From Thermodesulfobacteriota bacterium (GTDB lineage Bacteria > Desulfobacterota_D > UBA1144): DNA of 64,000 bases. The notes beneath the pieces were generated by a model. The model made no database searches and was not told where the DNA came from. It was given only the letters and a program-made list of their open reading frames with translations. A program made the translations under genes and the position numbers. The stretch spans positions 46,094 to 110,093 of the forward strand of contig JAQWMJ010000040.1 of NCBI GenBank assembly GCA_029246845.1, read 5' to 3'. Positions 1 to 8,916 of this stretch are shown in pieces. How positions within the stretch are numbered: the stretch's first letter is position 1; each line of letters opens with the position of its first letter.

Positions 1-170
1 CACTAATGTTTGAAACAAGAGGAGAAGCAGCGTTCCTAGCTCCAATGGCAATCTCTTTGGGGCTAGGATTAGTATTTGCCACTTTTATAACACTTTTCCT
101 AATTCCATGCCTCTATTTGTCTTTTGTCGATTTAAAGAGATATCTATCTAGAGCTATTTCATCAAATTAA
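1..170 (+). CDS. C-terminal fragment of an RND/AcrB-family efflux transporter permease (gene starts before the window)
   Basis: Frame 3 reads LMFETRGEAAFLAPMAISLGLGLVFATFITLFLIPCLYLSF...N*, matching the AcrB last-TM pattern (PMAI...GL..AT..TL..IP..Y); stop TAA at 168-170. Confidence 0.8.
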   Translation, partial: LMFETRGEAAFLAPMAISLGLGLVFATFITLFLIPCLYLSFVDLKRYLSRAISSN

Positions 171-692
171 TTCAGAAATATTGAATATTGGATCATACTC
201 AATATTAAGCTTTGAGAACTTCTCTCTTGCTCCCATTTCCCTATCAACGATTGAAAGGATAAGCCCTACCGTTGATCCTTGTTTTTCTATTTCACTAATG
301 GCAGAAATTATGGAGCCACCTGTTGAAACAACATCTTCAACTATAACTACCTTGGAGTTGTCTAAAGTTGGTCCTTCTATCACTTTCTTAGTACCATGCT
401 TCTTCTCTCCTGACCTAACAAGAAATCCTTTTAAGGCCTTCTTCTCGTTGTATGACTTATTAAGAATGGCTCCCACTATTGGATCAGCACCTATAGTTGG
501 GCCTCCAACATAGATCAAATTGCTAGCAATAATCTTTTTATAAAAAATATCTGCAATACTTCCAAGTGATTCAGAAGAAAGTGTACTAATTCTTGCATCT
601 ATATAATAAGAACTTTTTTCTCCAGATGAAAGAGTAAAATTTCCCTTTAGAATAGAATTCTTTTTTAAATATTCTAATAAAAAGTTTTTCAT
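162..692 (-). CDS. pyrE: Orotate phosphoribosyltransferase
   Basis: FTLSSG..S.YY.D, KKHGT and PRPP-binding VVIVEDVVSTGGS motifs. Confidence 0.95.
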   Translation of the reverse strand: MKNFLLEYLKKNSILKGNFTLSSGEKSSYYIDARISTLSSESLGSIADIFYKKIIASNLIYVGGPTIGADPIVGAILNKSYNEKKALKGFLVRSGEKKHGTKKVIEGPTLDNSKVVIVEDVVSTGGSIISAISEIEKQGSTVGLILSIVDREMGAREKFSKLNIEYDPIFNISELI

Positions 693-730
693 TTTTAACA
701 GTTCTTATTATTTTGAGTTAAAATAAAGAT

Positions 731-2044
731 ATGTCAAAGTTTCCTCCAGGTTTAGATAAAGCAATAAATCATTCTTACTTAAACGCACTTTATGAGCGAA
801 GGTCAAGAAGATTTCCTTTGGGCGGTGAGATTGACGAAGGTCCACTTCAATACAAATCAAAACATTCACCTATTCCTCTTAGTGAATTAGAAGAGGCAAT
901 CCTTGCTTGGAACGGGCTTGGGATTAAAAATATAAATCTATCTGACTTTCCCCCACATAAAGGTCTAGATTTAGAAGTTAAATTTATGAGTAAGACTATC
1001 CCCTCACTAGGAGATATTCATAGAACAGAATTATTTTATACAAACGATGATGGTCTATACTTGTTAAAATTAAATGATAAAGATGCGCCCGACTTAAAAG
1101 GATTAGAGGGGCTAAAAAAAGAAGACAAGATTGAAAAAATATTAGAGCTTTTTAGGGAATCAAGAATTAAAATTCATGATGGGCGAGCTAAAATACCTGA
1201 CGTGCCTCCTGGCCTTGCAATTCATAATACATGGAGCGTAAATAAGCCTGGAACATCTTTATTCATGCCTGTCACAGACTTGTCAGCTGGTTTAATTAAT
1301 ATCTTGTTCTTTTATATGAGAGAAGGTCATAGATTCAATTTTGTTGACGAATTAAATAAAATGAAACCTGCTGGAACCCAAAAATGGATTGATAACGGTT
1401 ACATTAAAAAAACAAATCCCATACCTTTAATTGAAGCTGAGCTGAGATTTGCAAATGGATACATTGCCGAACAACCTTTATTTTGTCAAAACGTTGTTTT
1501 AACTCAACAAATTTTAGGGTTAGGTGGTTGGATGTTTAGTGGTTTTCAAAGTCGTCATATATTAGGTGCAGATGACGCCTTTAAAGGTTTAGGCTTTACT
1601 TGTGTTGAAGCCAAAGATCAGGGTGAAGACTGGGGAGCTGCAGTTTCCAAAGCTCCAGTTGGACTAGATGGACACTTTGAGTCCTTTTGTCCACCATACT
1701 ATAAGAACATGTCTGAAGCTGTCGATGCATTTAATGAAATGAAATGGGGCAATTGGGATTCAAAATATATGCCTTACAAAGACCCAACTGGTGTCTTAAA
1801 TGCTACCCCTAAACCAAGCAAAGAAGAGGTCCAGATTGTAAAAGATATATGTAATTATATATTTGATACCTACGGAAAATTTCCAGGCTTTTCAGATCCA
1901 ATGTATTGCCGTATGATGGTTCAGAACCACCATATCGATTTAGATTTTTATGATAAGTTTTATCCAGAAGGTGCTTATACTGAGGCGCACAAAAATCACT
2001 TTGCACTTTGGCATCCTGAGATAGATGATCCTTTTAAAAAATAA
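731..2044 (+). CDS. Conserved hypothetical protein with a nitroreductase-like (FMN-binding) N-terminal motif
   Basis: 437 aa ORF; ERRSRRF motif followed by PIPLSELEEAIL resembles the nitroreductase RRSxRxF...P start; LGLGGW near the C-terminal half. Confidence 0.6.
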   Translation: MSKFPPGLDKAINHSYLNALYERRSRRFPLGGEIDEGPLQYKSKHSPIPLSELEEAILAWNGLGIKNINLSDFPPHKGLDLEVKFMSKTIPSLGDIHRTELFYTNDDGLYLLKLNDKDAPDLKGLEGLKKEDKIEKILELFRESRIKIHDGRAKIPDVPPGLAIHNTWSVNKPGTSLFMPVTDLSAGLINILFFYMREGHRFNFVDELNKMKPAGTQKWIDNGYIKKTNPIPLIEAELRFANGYIAEQPLFCQNVVLTQQILGLGGWMFSGFQSRHILGADDAFKGLGFTCVEAKDQGEDWGAAVSKAPVGLDGHFESFCPPYYKNMSEAVDAFNEMKWGNWDSKYMPYKDPTGVLNATPKPSKEEVQIVKDICNYIFDTYGKFPGFSDPMYCRMMVQNHHIDLDFYDKFYPEGAYTEAHKNHFALWHPEIDDPFKK

Positions 2045-2049
2045 TTAAA

Positions 2050-2130
2050 CTAGATTGTTAGTATAAAAATAGGAATCACCAAAAGCACAATAAAATTTAA
2101 AAGACATCCGTATGGTAAGAAAGACAGCAT
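2050..2130 (-). CDS. Putative 26-aa hydrophobic small protein (MLSFLPYGCLLNFIVLLVIPIFILTI)
   Basis: ATG...TAG ORF read by hand, filling the gap downstream of nrdB; one TM-like stretch; below the ORF-track cutoff. Confidence 0.35.
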   Translation of the reverse strand: MLSFLPYGCLLNFIVLLVIPIFILTI

Positions 2131-2181
2131 AATCACCAGTAATAATAGCTACTATATTATTAGTTTACTATGTTAAATTAC

Positions 2182-3180
2182 CTAATCCCAGTCTAAAGAA
2201 CCCGCAGTTTGATACTCTGTGACTCTTGTTTCAAAGAAGTTCTTCTCTTTTGATAAATCAACAGATTGAGACATCCATGGAAAGGGATTGTCAGTTTCGT
2301 AAACTTTAGAAAGCCCTATCCTTTCAAGTCTTCTATCTGCGATATACTCCACATATTCACAAAACTGCTCAGGATTAATTCCAAGTAGCCCATTAGGGAT
2401 TGCATCTAATGCGTATTTCTTTTCATGGTCTACAGCCTGAACAATTAAATCTGTTATTTTCTTTTGAACATCATCAGTCCATATACCCTTATTCTCTTCT
2501 TTTATTGTATTAATCAAATCACATCCGAATGCGAGATGGATACTTTCGTCTCTCATTATATACTCAAACTGCTCCCCAATTCCCACCATTTTATTTTGCC
2601 TTTTAAGAGCAAGCATCATTGCAAATCCCGCATAAAAGAAAATTCCTTCCATTATCACGTAATATCCGACTACGTCTTGGAGAAAAATCTTAATATCCTC
2701 ATCTGTTCTTAGTTCAAAATTAGGATCCATAATTGATTTTGTCAGACCAACTACATAATCATCTTTTTCTTTTATAGAAGGAATAGTTTCATACATATTA
2801 TATATATATTCGGGATCTAGACCCAAAGTATCGCAACAGTAAATAAAAGTATCTGTATGTACTGCTTCTTCGTATGCTTGTCTTAGAAGATACTGTCTTG
2901 CCTCAGGATTAGTAACGTGTTTATAAACTGTTAAAACAATATTGTTTGCTGTTAAGGACTCTGCCGTTGAGAAAAAACCTAAATTCCAAAGAATCATTCT
3001 CTTTTCAATGTCAGATAAAACATCAGGGGATTTCCACTGCTCGACATCTTTTTGCATTGAAATCTCTTCGGGAGTCCAGTTGTTTGCAACTCCATCTTTA
3101 TAGTGCTCCCTAGCCCACATATATGTCATTGGGAGAATCTTATTAGGATCTGTCTTCGAATCATTGCTTAAAATAGTCAT
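2182..3180 (-). CDS. nrdB: Ribonucleotide reductase beta subunit with class Ic (Mn/Fe, R2c) signature
   Basis: Ferritin-like ligands E74, E105, H108, E178, E212, H215; Phe112 at the radical-Tyr position; C-terminal NFFETRVTEY; adjacent to nrdA; SD aaggag. Confidence 0.95.
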   Translation of the reverse strand: MTILSNDSKTDPNKILPMTYMWAREHYKDGVANNWTPEEISMQKDVEQWKSPDVLSDIEKRMILWNLGFFSTAESLTANNIVLTVYKHVTNPEARQYLLRQAYEEAVHTDTFIYCCDTLGLDPEYIYNMYETIPSIKEKDDYVVGLTKSIMDPNFELRTDEDIKIFLQDVVGYYVIMEGIFFYAGFAMMLALKRQNKMVGIGEQFEYIMRDESIHLAFGCDLINTIKEENKGIWTDDVQKKITDLIVQAVDHEKKYALDAIPNGLLGINPEQFCEYVEYIADRRLERIGLSKVYETDNPFPWMSQSVDLSKEKNFFETRVTEYQTAGSLDWD

Positions 3181-3200
3181 TATGCACTCCTTAAATTATA

Positions 3201-6002
3201 TTACTGACAAGCTTCACAGTCTGGGTCCATTATACTACATGCACTTGCGACTTCTGACCCTGGCCTTTCTGACTGTGCTTCTTTCTCCTGATTATCTTCA
3301 GGAATTTCTTTGTACTCTCTTTTTTGAGTATAACCAAATTTATTAGCATCAAGTGTAGATTTTTCAATCTGTGTTGCTGCTAATGTTCTTAGATAATAAG
3401 TTGTCTTAAGTCCAAGCTTCCAGGCTGCAGTATAAATCTCACTTAACAGCTTGCCTGAAACGCCTTGCATAAATATGTTATGAGATTGGCTTTGATCAAT
3501 CCACTTACCTCTAACTGAAGTATGCTTAAGTAGAGTAAGTGGGCTAATTCCAAATGCCTCTTTATGCTTTTCCTTTAAGTCCTCGGGAATTTCAGAAATC
3601 TGATCTAAATTTCCGTCAAAATATTTTATTTTTTCTAACATATCTTTAGACCAAAGATTTAAATCTTTTAAATCTTTGACTAAATATGAGTTAACAACAG
3701 TAAACTCACCGCTTATGTTTGATTTAACGTAAATATTTTTATATATTGGTTCAATACATGGAAAGCATCCTGCAATATTAGAGATTGTTGCGGTAGGAGC
3801 AATAGCCATTGTATTAGAATTTCTCATTCCATGCTTTTTGACCTTTTCTTTTAACTCTTCCCAGTCCATTGAGGTTATCTTGTTAACATCTATATGGTCG
3901 CCTCTTTCCTCTTCTAACATTGTCAGAGTATCAAGAGGGAAAATTCCCCTATCCCACTTTGAGCCCTTAAATGTTTCATACGAACCTCTCTCTTTTGCTA
4001 ACTCAGAAGAGGATTCAATTGCATTATAGGAAATAAATTCCATCAATTGATCTGAAAAATTTAGTGCTTTAGGAGACTCAAAGGATAAATTACATTTAAA
4101 AAGCGCATCCTGAAGGCCCATGATTCCCATACCTATTGGCCTATGTTTAAAGTTCGAATTTTCTGCTTCAACTGTGGGGTAGAAATTTAAGTCAATAACA
4201 TTATCAAGCATTCTAATTCCAGTCTGAACGGAGTCTTTAAGTAAGTCTTTATCCAATTTACCATTAACGATATGTTTAGAAAGGTTAATGGAGCCTAGAT
4301 TGCATACTGCTGTTTCATCTGCAGAGGTGTTCAGCGTAATTTCAGTACATAGATTAGAACTATGAACCACCCCAACATGGTCTTGAGGGGATCTAACATT
4401 ACAAGCGTCCTTAAAGGTTATCCAAGGATGTCCTGTCTCAAAGATTCTAGTGAGCATCTTCTTCCACAAATCAGGGGCATGTATCTTCTTATGCTTTTTA
4501 ATCTTCCCTTTTAAGACCCCATCTTCATATCCTAGATATGCCTCTTCAAATTTACTCCCATATAAATCGTGTAAGTCAGGTACCTCTTCCGGAGAGAATA
4601 AGGTCCAATCTTTCTTCTCTACGACTCTTTTCATAAATAAATCAGGAATCCAATTTGATGTATTCATATCATGAGTTCTTCTTCTATCATCACCGGTATT
4701 TCTTCTCAAATCTAAGAAGTCTTCGATATCTAGATGCCATGTCTCAAGATAAGCACATGTAGCACCTCTTCTTTTCCCGCTTCTATTGATTGCGACCGTT
4801 ACATCATTTGCAATTTTTAAGAATGGAACAACTCCTTGGCTTTCAACATTAGTACTTTTTATTTGAGATCCTGTTGCCCTAATGTTAGTCCAATCATTTC
4901 CCAATCCTCCTGACCATTTAGACAACTGTGCATTATCACCTACGCATTTAAAAATGTGAGATAAGTCATCAGAAACAGTAGTTAAGTAACAGGAGCTAAG
5001 TTGAGGATGTGGTGTTCCTGAATGAAAGAGTGTCGGAGTAGATGAAACAAACTCCATTGAAGATAGCTTATTGTAGAATTCAAGCGCCCTGGAATCTTTG
5101 TTTTTTTCGTTAATTGAGATGCCCATAGCAACTCTCATCCAAAATGACTGTGGAAGCTCAAACTTTCTACCTTCATGGTTCAGAAGATATCTTTCATACA
5201 ATGTCTGAATCCCAATAAATTCAAAAAGCCCATCCCTCTCTATTTCAATAGAGTTAGATAACTTCTCTAGATCAAACTCTAAAAGCTTATCGCTAAGGTA
5301 GCCCTTCTTTACACCGAGTCTTATTCCATCGATAAATGATTCTTTATATTGAGGCTCCAAGGTGTCTTCTGTTACGGAAATCTCCATCCCTTCTTTGTAA
5401 AGTCTTTGCAAGAATAGGCCCGCTGAAACCTTACTATAATCTGGGTCTCTCTCGATAAATGTGGTTGACGCTAAAATCAAAGCTCTCTCTAAATCTTCAG
5501 TTGTGGCTCCATCGAATATATTCCTGGTCAATTCTTTAACTATTGAGTCAACAGAAGTTGTATCTGGATATTTTTCACAAATCCTTGAAACTGTTTTTCT
5601 AATCTTTTGGGGGTTAAAAAGGACATTTACCCCATCCTTTTTTCTAATCTTGAGCTTACCTAACTCGGCTTTTTGAGATATTTTTTCTTTTTGCTTTTCT
5701 CTTTCCTTCGATCTTTCTGACCTGTATATAATATATCTTCGAGCTACGGTAAATAAATCAGCTCTAATGAGATGTTTTTCAACTATATCCTGAATATTTT
5801 CGACATTAGGGTAGAACTCTAGGAATCTTGATTGAATTTCTTCTTCAATATTATCTACTATCTCATTTGAGTTCACATTAGAGCTTTCACTCTCGCTACC
5901 CGCGTTGATAGCGGCATTTATTGCATTTAAAATTCTGGCTGAATCAAATTTAACTAATTCTCCCGACCTTTTCACAACTAACAACTGTTCAATTTGATTC
6001 AT
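3201..6002 (-). CDS. nrdA: Ribonucleotide reductase alpha subunit with two N-terminal ATP-cones
   Basis: VVKRSG and IRKKDG cone starts, SSTPTLF, SSCYL, SNLCTEI (thiyl Cys), APTATIS, KTTYYLR, C-terminal CEACQ. Confidence 0.97.
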   Translation of the reverse strand: MNQIEQLLVVKRSGELVKFDSARILNAINAAINAGSESESSNVNSNEIVDNIEEEIQSRFLEFYPNVENIQDIVEKHLIRADLFTVARRYIIYRSERSKEREKQKEKISQKAELGKLKIRKKDGVNVLFNPQKIRKTVSRICEKYPDTTSVDSIVKELTRNIFDGATTEDLERALILASTTFIERDPDYSKVSAGLFLQRLYKEGMEISVTEDTLEPQYKESFIDGIRLGVKKGYLSDKLLEFDLEKLSNSIEIERDGLFEFIGIQTLYERYLLNHEGRKFELPQSFWMRVAMGISINEKNKDSRALEFYNKLSSMEFVSSTPTLFHSGTPHPQLSSCYLTTVSDDLSHIFKCVGDNAQLSKWSGGLGNDWTNIRATGSQIKSTNVESQGVVPFLKIANDVTVAINRSGKRRGATCAYLETWHLDIEDFLDLRRNTGDDRRRTHDMNTSNWIPDLFMKRVVEKKDWTLFSPEEVPDLHDLYGSKFEEAYLGYEDGVLKGKIKKHKKIHAPDLWKKMLTRIFETGHPWITFKDACNVRSPQDHVGVVHSSNLCTEITLNTSADETAVCNLGSINLSKHIVNGKLDKDLLKDSVQTGIRMLDNVIDLNFYPTVEAENSNFKHRPIGMGIMGLQDALFKCNLSFESPKALNFSDQLMEFISYNAIESSSELAKERGSYETFKGSKWDRGIFPLDTLTMLEEERGDHIDVNKITSMDWEELKEKVKKHGMRNSNTMAIAPTATISNIAGCFPCIEPIYKNIYVKSNISGEFTVVNSYLVKDLKDLNLWSKDMLEKIKYFDGNLDQISEIPEDLKEKHKEAFGISPLTLLKHTSVRGKWIDQSQSHNIFMQGVSGKLLSEIYTAAWKLGLKTTYYLRTLAATQIEKSTLDANKFGYTQKREYKEIPEDNQEKEAQSERPGSEVASACSIMDPDCEACQ

Positions 6003-6015
6003 TCATAGTCTCCTT

Positions 6016-6114
6016 CGTTAAGTGAATTTTTAGAGGCAAGGAAAAGCTTAACGGGGTGCAAAAGGGGAATTTAAACTTAATCCTTGCCCCGGTTAGTCCA
6101 TAATCACTCTAAAA
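6016..6114 (-). other. Structured 5' leader of nrdA (candidate cis-regulatory RNA)
   Basis: Nested inverted repeats ttttagag/ctctaaaa and ggcaagga/tccttgcc, plus an alternative cgttaag/cttaacg pairing next to the SD. Confidence 0.5.
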
Positions 6115-6139
6115 CCTATCTAACCTTTTAGTACACAAT

Positions 6140-6187
6140 TAACTATATATTGTGATTATAAATTCATTAAACCACTATATGTGGTAT
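6140..6187. promoter_or_regulatory. Tandem NrdR boxes upstream of nrdA
   Basis: taaCTATATATTGtga (6140-6155) and ccaCTATATGTGGtat (6172-6187) match the acaCwAtATaTwGtg consensus with 32-bp spacing; the second lies in the spacer of a minus-strand TTGACT-17-TTTAAT promoter. Confidence 0.85.
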
Positions 6188-6269
6188 GAGTCAAGCAAAT
6201 CTTAAATCATTTTTTTATTTAGTTAAAAAATCAACAATGTGAGGAGTTTAGGTAGAAAAGAGGTGGTCG

Positions 6270-7706
6270 TTATTTAGCTTTAGAAATTATTGCTGTGCCC
6301 AAATCACGGAATATGTACTTATGAAAAGGAAAGATCGAATACCAATACAAATACCCCCAAATACCTTTAGGCTCAAATATAGCTGATATTACAAGGAAGG
6401 TTTTTGAATTATGAGGAATAGATTCAAGCTTAAGCCATGCTTCCCCGGGCGATTTTAGTGTCATTTTAAGTAATATTTTGCGGTTTTCTTCAAACTTTTC
6501 TATTCTCCAACAGTCCATAGAGTCGCCTACTTTAAGATTGCTTCTATCACTATCTTCAATTTTCTTTCCACCAACAAGACGGTCAATAAATTTACGGAGA
6601 GTCCACAAAAAATTCCATGCAAGCCATCCATCCTTTCCACCCAAGGATGTTAGCACATTAAATAATTTCTCAGGAGATGATACGGTCTCAGTAATTCTTA
6701 CCTCTTCAAAGCGTCCTCTTCTTTGAAACATTTCATATTTGGGATAAATATCTTGCTTATTCCAAGAAGTCTCAACATACTCACTTTTAGTCTTCTCAAA
6801 AGCTGACTTAATCGAATCATCAAAACATAAAAGTTTAATTTCAGGGAAGAACTCTAAAGCTTTAGATGTATCACCAACTATATTATTCACAATTCCTTTT
6901 ACAATAGGCACCGCTAGTAAGTTTGTTATTGGTGTCATTAAACCAATCCACCTAGCAGCAAGTCCCGGTGCCAATACTGGAACAGGGACAATTAATCTTT
7001 TTAGACCTCTAAACTTACAATAAGAAAGCATCATATTCTTGAAAGTTATAGGTTGGGTTCCAATATCTAATCTTCTAAGGGGTATTTTATCTATTGCTAA
7101 TATTAGGTATTTTAGGACATCTCTAATACTAATGGGTCTAACAAGATGATTAATCCATTTTGGCGCAACCATAATCGGAAGCTTTTCACAAAGATGCCTT
7201 AGCATTTCGTAGGAAGCTGATCCTGATCCAATGATTGGACCAGCACAGAACTCAGTCGTTGGAAGATTGTCTGACAGGATCTTTCCTACCTCAATTCTAC
7301 TATTTAGATGATCTGAGATTTGAGGGCCATCCGGCGATATTCCTCCCAAGTAAATAACATGCTTGATATCCTTAAATAAAGTAACAAAATTCTCAGCTAC
7401 GAGTCTGTCCAAGGCTATGTAATCTTGTGAGTCGGACATAGAATGAATTAGATAATATGCTTGATCTACACCATCAGGTAATCCATTTAATGTTTCAATT
7501 TTAGTCAAATCACCTTCAAAGACTTCAACCTGAGAGTACCATGATTTATTTTTAATTTTTTCTTTATCTCTAACTAAGACTCTGACCGTGAGATTATTAC
7601 TTAAGAGCCTAGGAATAAGTCTGCCTCCTATATAGCCTGTGGCTCCAGTCACAAGAATTCTGGCATTTTTAGTTGTTAGCTTTATTGGATTATGGAACTC
7701 ATTCAT
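6270..7706 (-). CDS. Atypical SDR (NAD(P)-binding) oxidoreductase with a C-terminal DUF2867-like domain (YbjT-like)
   Basis: ILVTGATGYIGGRL Rossmann motif; C-terminal GGKDGW...PGEAWL...PKGIWGYLYWY pattern. Confidence 0.85.
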   Translation of the reverse strand: MNEFHNPIKLTTKNARILVTGATGYIGGRLIPRLLSNNLTVRVLVRDKEKIKNKSWYSQVEVFEGDLTKIETLNGLPDGVDQAYYLIHSMSDSQDYIALDRLVAENFVTLFKDIKHVIYLGGISPDGPQISDHLNSRIEVGKILSDNLPTTEFCAGPIIGSGSASYEMLRHLCEKLPIMVAPKWINHLVRPISIRDVLKYLILAIDKIPLRRLDIGTQPITFKNMMLSYCKFRGLKRLIVPVPVLAPGLAARWIGLMTPITNLLAVPIVKGIVNNIVGDTSKALEFFPEIKLLCFDDSIKSAFEKTKSEYVETSWNKQDIYPKYEMFQRRGRFEEVRITETVSSPEKLFNVLTSLGGKDGWLAWNFLWTLRKFIDRLVGGKKIEDSDRSNLKVGDSMDCWRIEKFEENRKILLKMTLKSPGEAWLKLESIPHNSKTFLVISAIFEPKGIWGYLYWYSIFPFHKYIFRDLGTAIISKAK

Positions 7707-7766
7707 ATATGTATATATTAACTAATTTTTTGAAATAGCTAATTTTAGAATATAATTAAACTTAAT

Positions 7767-8843
7767 ATGAATCTACTCAATAATTCATTTACCAATTATA
7801 TGTTTTTGGATAACTATGTATGGGAATGGATCTTGGCAATTGTAATAACTCTTACAATATATGCTTTTTTAGTTTTCATAAAGAAAATTGCAGAAAAAAG
7901 ATTGAAGACGTTTGCGCAGAAAACATCTACCAATTTAGATGACTATCTGCTTGAAATGCTTTCCTCAATTTCAAAAATTTTTATTTTCTTAAGTGCAATA
8001 AATATTGGTAGCAATATAGTCACATTAAATGAAAATGTGAATAGTGTTTTAAGTCATGCCTTTCTTCTAATACTTTTCTGGCAAATAACTAGATGGATTG
8101 TCTTGGTTACAAATATAATCTTCACCAGATATAAAAAGATAAAAGAAACAAATGACGATATGCATGGGGTAACTGCAATAAATGGCCTAACAGCTATATC
8201 TAAATTTATAATCTGGCTTATTTTTCTTATGCTAGCCATGGACAACTTAGGAGTAGATATAACTGCCCTAGTTGCTGGTCTTGGTATAGGTGGTCTTGCA
8301 ATTGCATTAGCTGCACAAAGTATACTTGGTGACCTATTTGCTTCTCTTACAATCATGATAGATAAGCCAATTGCGATAGGTGACTATGTTGTAGTTGACG
8401 ATTTTATGGGGAATGTAAAAGCCATTGGAATCAAAAGCACAAAGCTGGAAAGTCTGACTGGTGAAGAAATTATTATATCGAATTCAGATTTATTAAATTC
8501 AAGGTTAAGAAATTATCACCAGTCAAGGATGAAAAAGAGAAGAAGCAGTATGAAAATAGGTATTGTATATGAAACCGATTTTAATGAATTAAAAAGGATT
8601 CAAGAAATATTAAGAGAGATAGTTAAATCAAATCCAAAAACAGAATATATAAGGGCCATCTTCACAAACTTTGGGGACTTCTCTCTTGATTTTGAGCTTA
8701 CTTATAATGTTCTAAGTCCAGACTATGAAACTTTAACTGAAATAAATCATGAAATTAGACTTAAGATTTTTGAAACTTTTGAAAAAGAAGGTCTTAAGTT
8801 TGCATACCCAACGCGAACTGTCCATCTGACTAAAGAAAACTAA
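7767..8843 (+). CDS. Small-conductance mechanosensitive channel (MscS family)
   Basis: TALVAGLGIGGLAIALAAQ..LGDLFAS..I..DKP..IGD motif; C-terminal FAYPTRTV. Confidence 0.93.
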   Translation: MNLLNNSFTNYMFLDNYVWEWILAIVITLTIYAFLVFIKKIAEKRLKTFAQKTSTNLDDYLLEMLSSISKIFIFLSAINIGSNIVTLNENVNSVLSHAFLLILFWQITRWIVLVTNIIFTRYKKIKETNDDMHGVTAINGLTAISKFIIWLIFLMLAMDNLGVDITALVAGLGIGGLAIALAAQSILGDLFASLTIMIDKPIAIGDYVVVDDFMGNVKAIGIKSTKLESLTGEEIIISNSDLLNSRLRNYHQSRMKKRRSSMKIGIVYETDFNELKRIQEILREIVKSNPKTEYIRAIFTNFGDFSLDFELTYNVLSPDYETLTEINHEIRLKIFETFEKEGLKFAYPTRTVHLTKEN

Positions 8844-8916
8844 TAGAACCAATCATCTTTTCTTAACATGTAAAAATATAATTTGTTTTAAAAGTATATA
8901 TATTCTATTATTTTTT

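Noticed and set aside
2182..3180. R2lox (R2-like ligand-binding oxidase) interpretation of the Tyr-less R2
   Set aside because: It is operonic with nrdA and keeps the C-terminal radical-transfer Tyr (NFFETRVTEY), so it is an RNR subunit
5989..6006. Out-of-frame mini-ORF MNESN* overlapping the nrdA start
   Set aside because: Its ATG is only 3 nt from the SD whereas the nrdA ATG is at 7 nt; probably incidental
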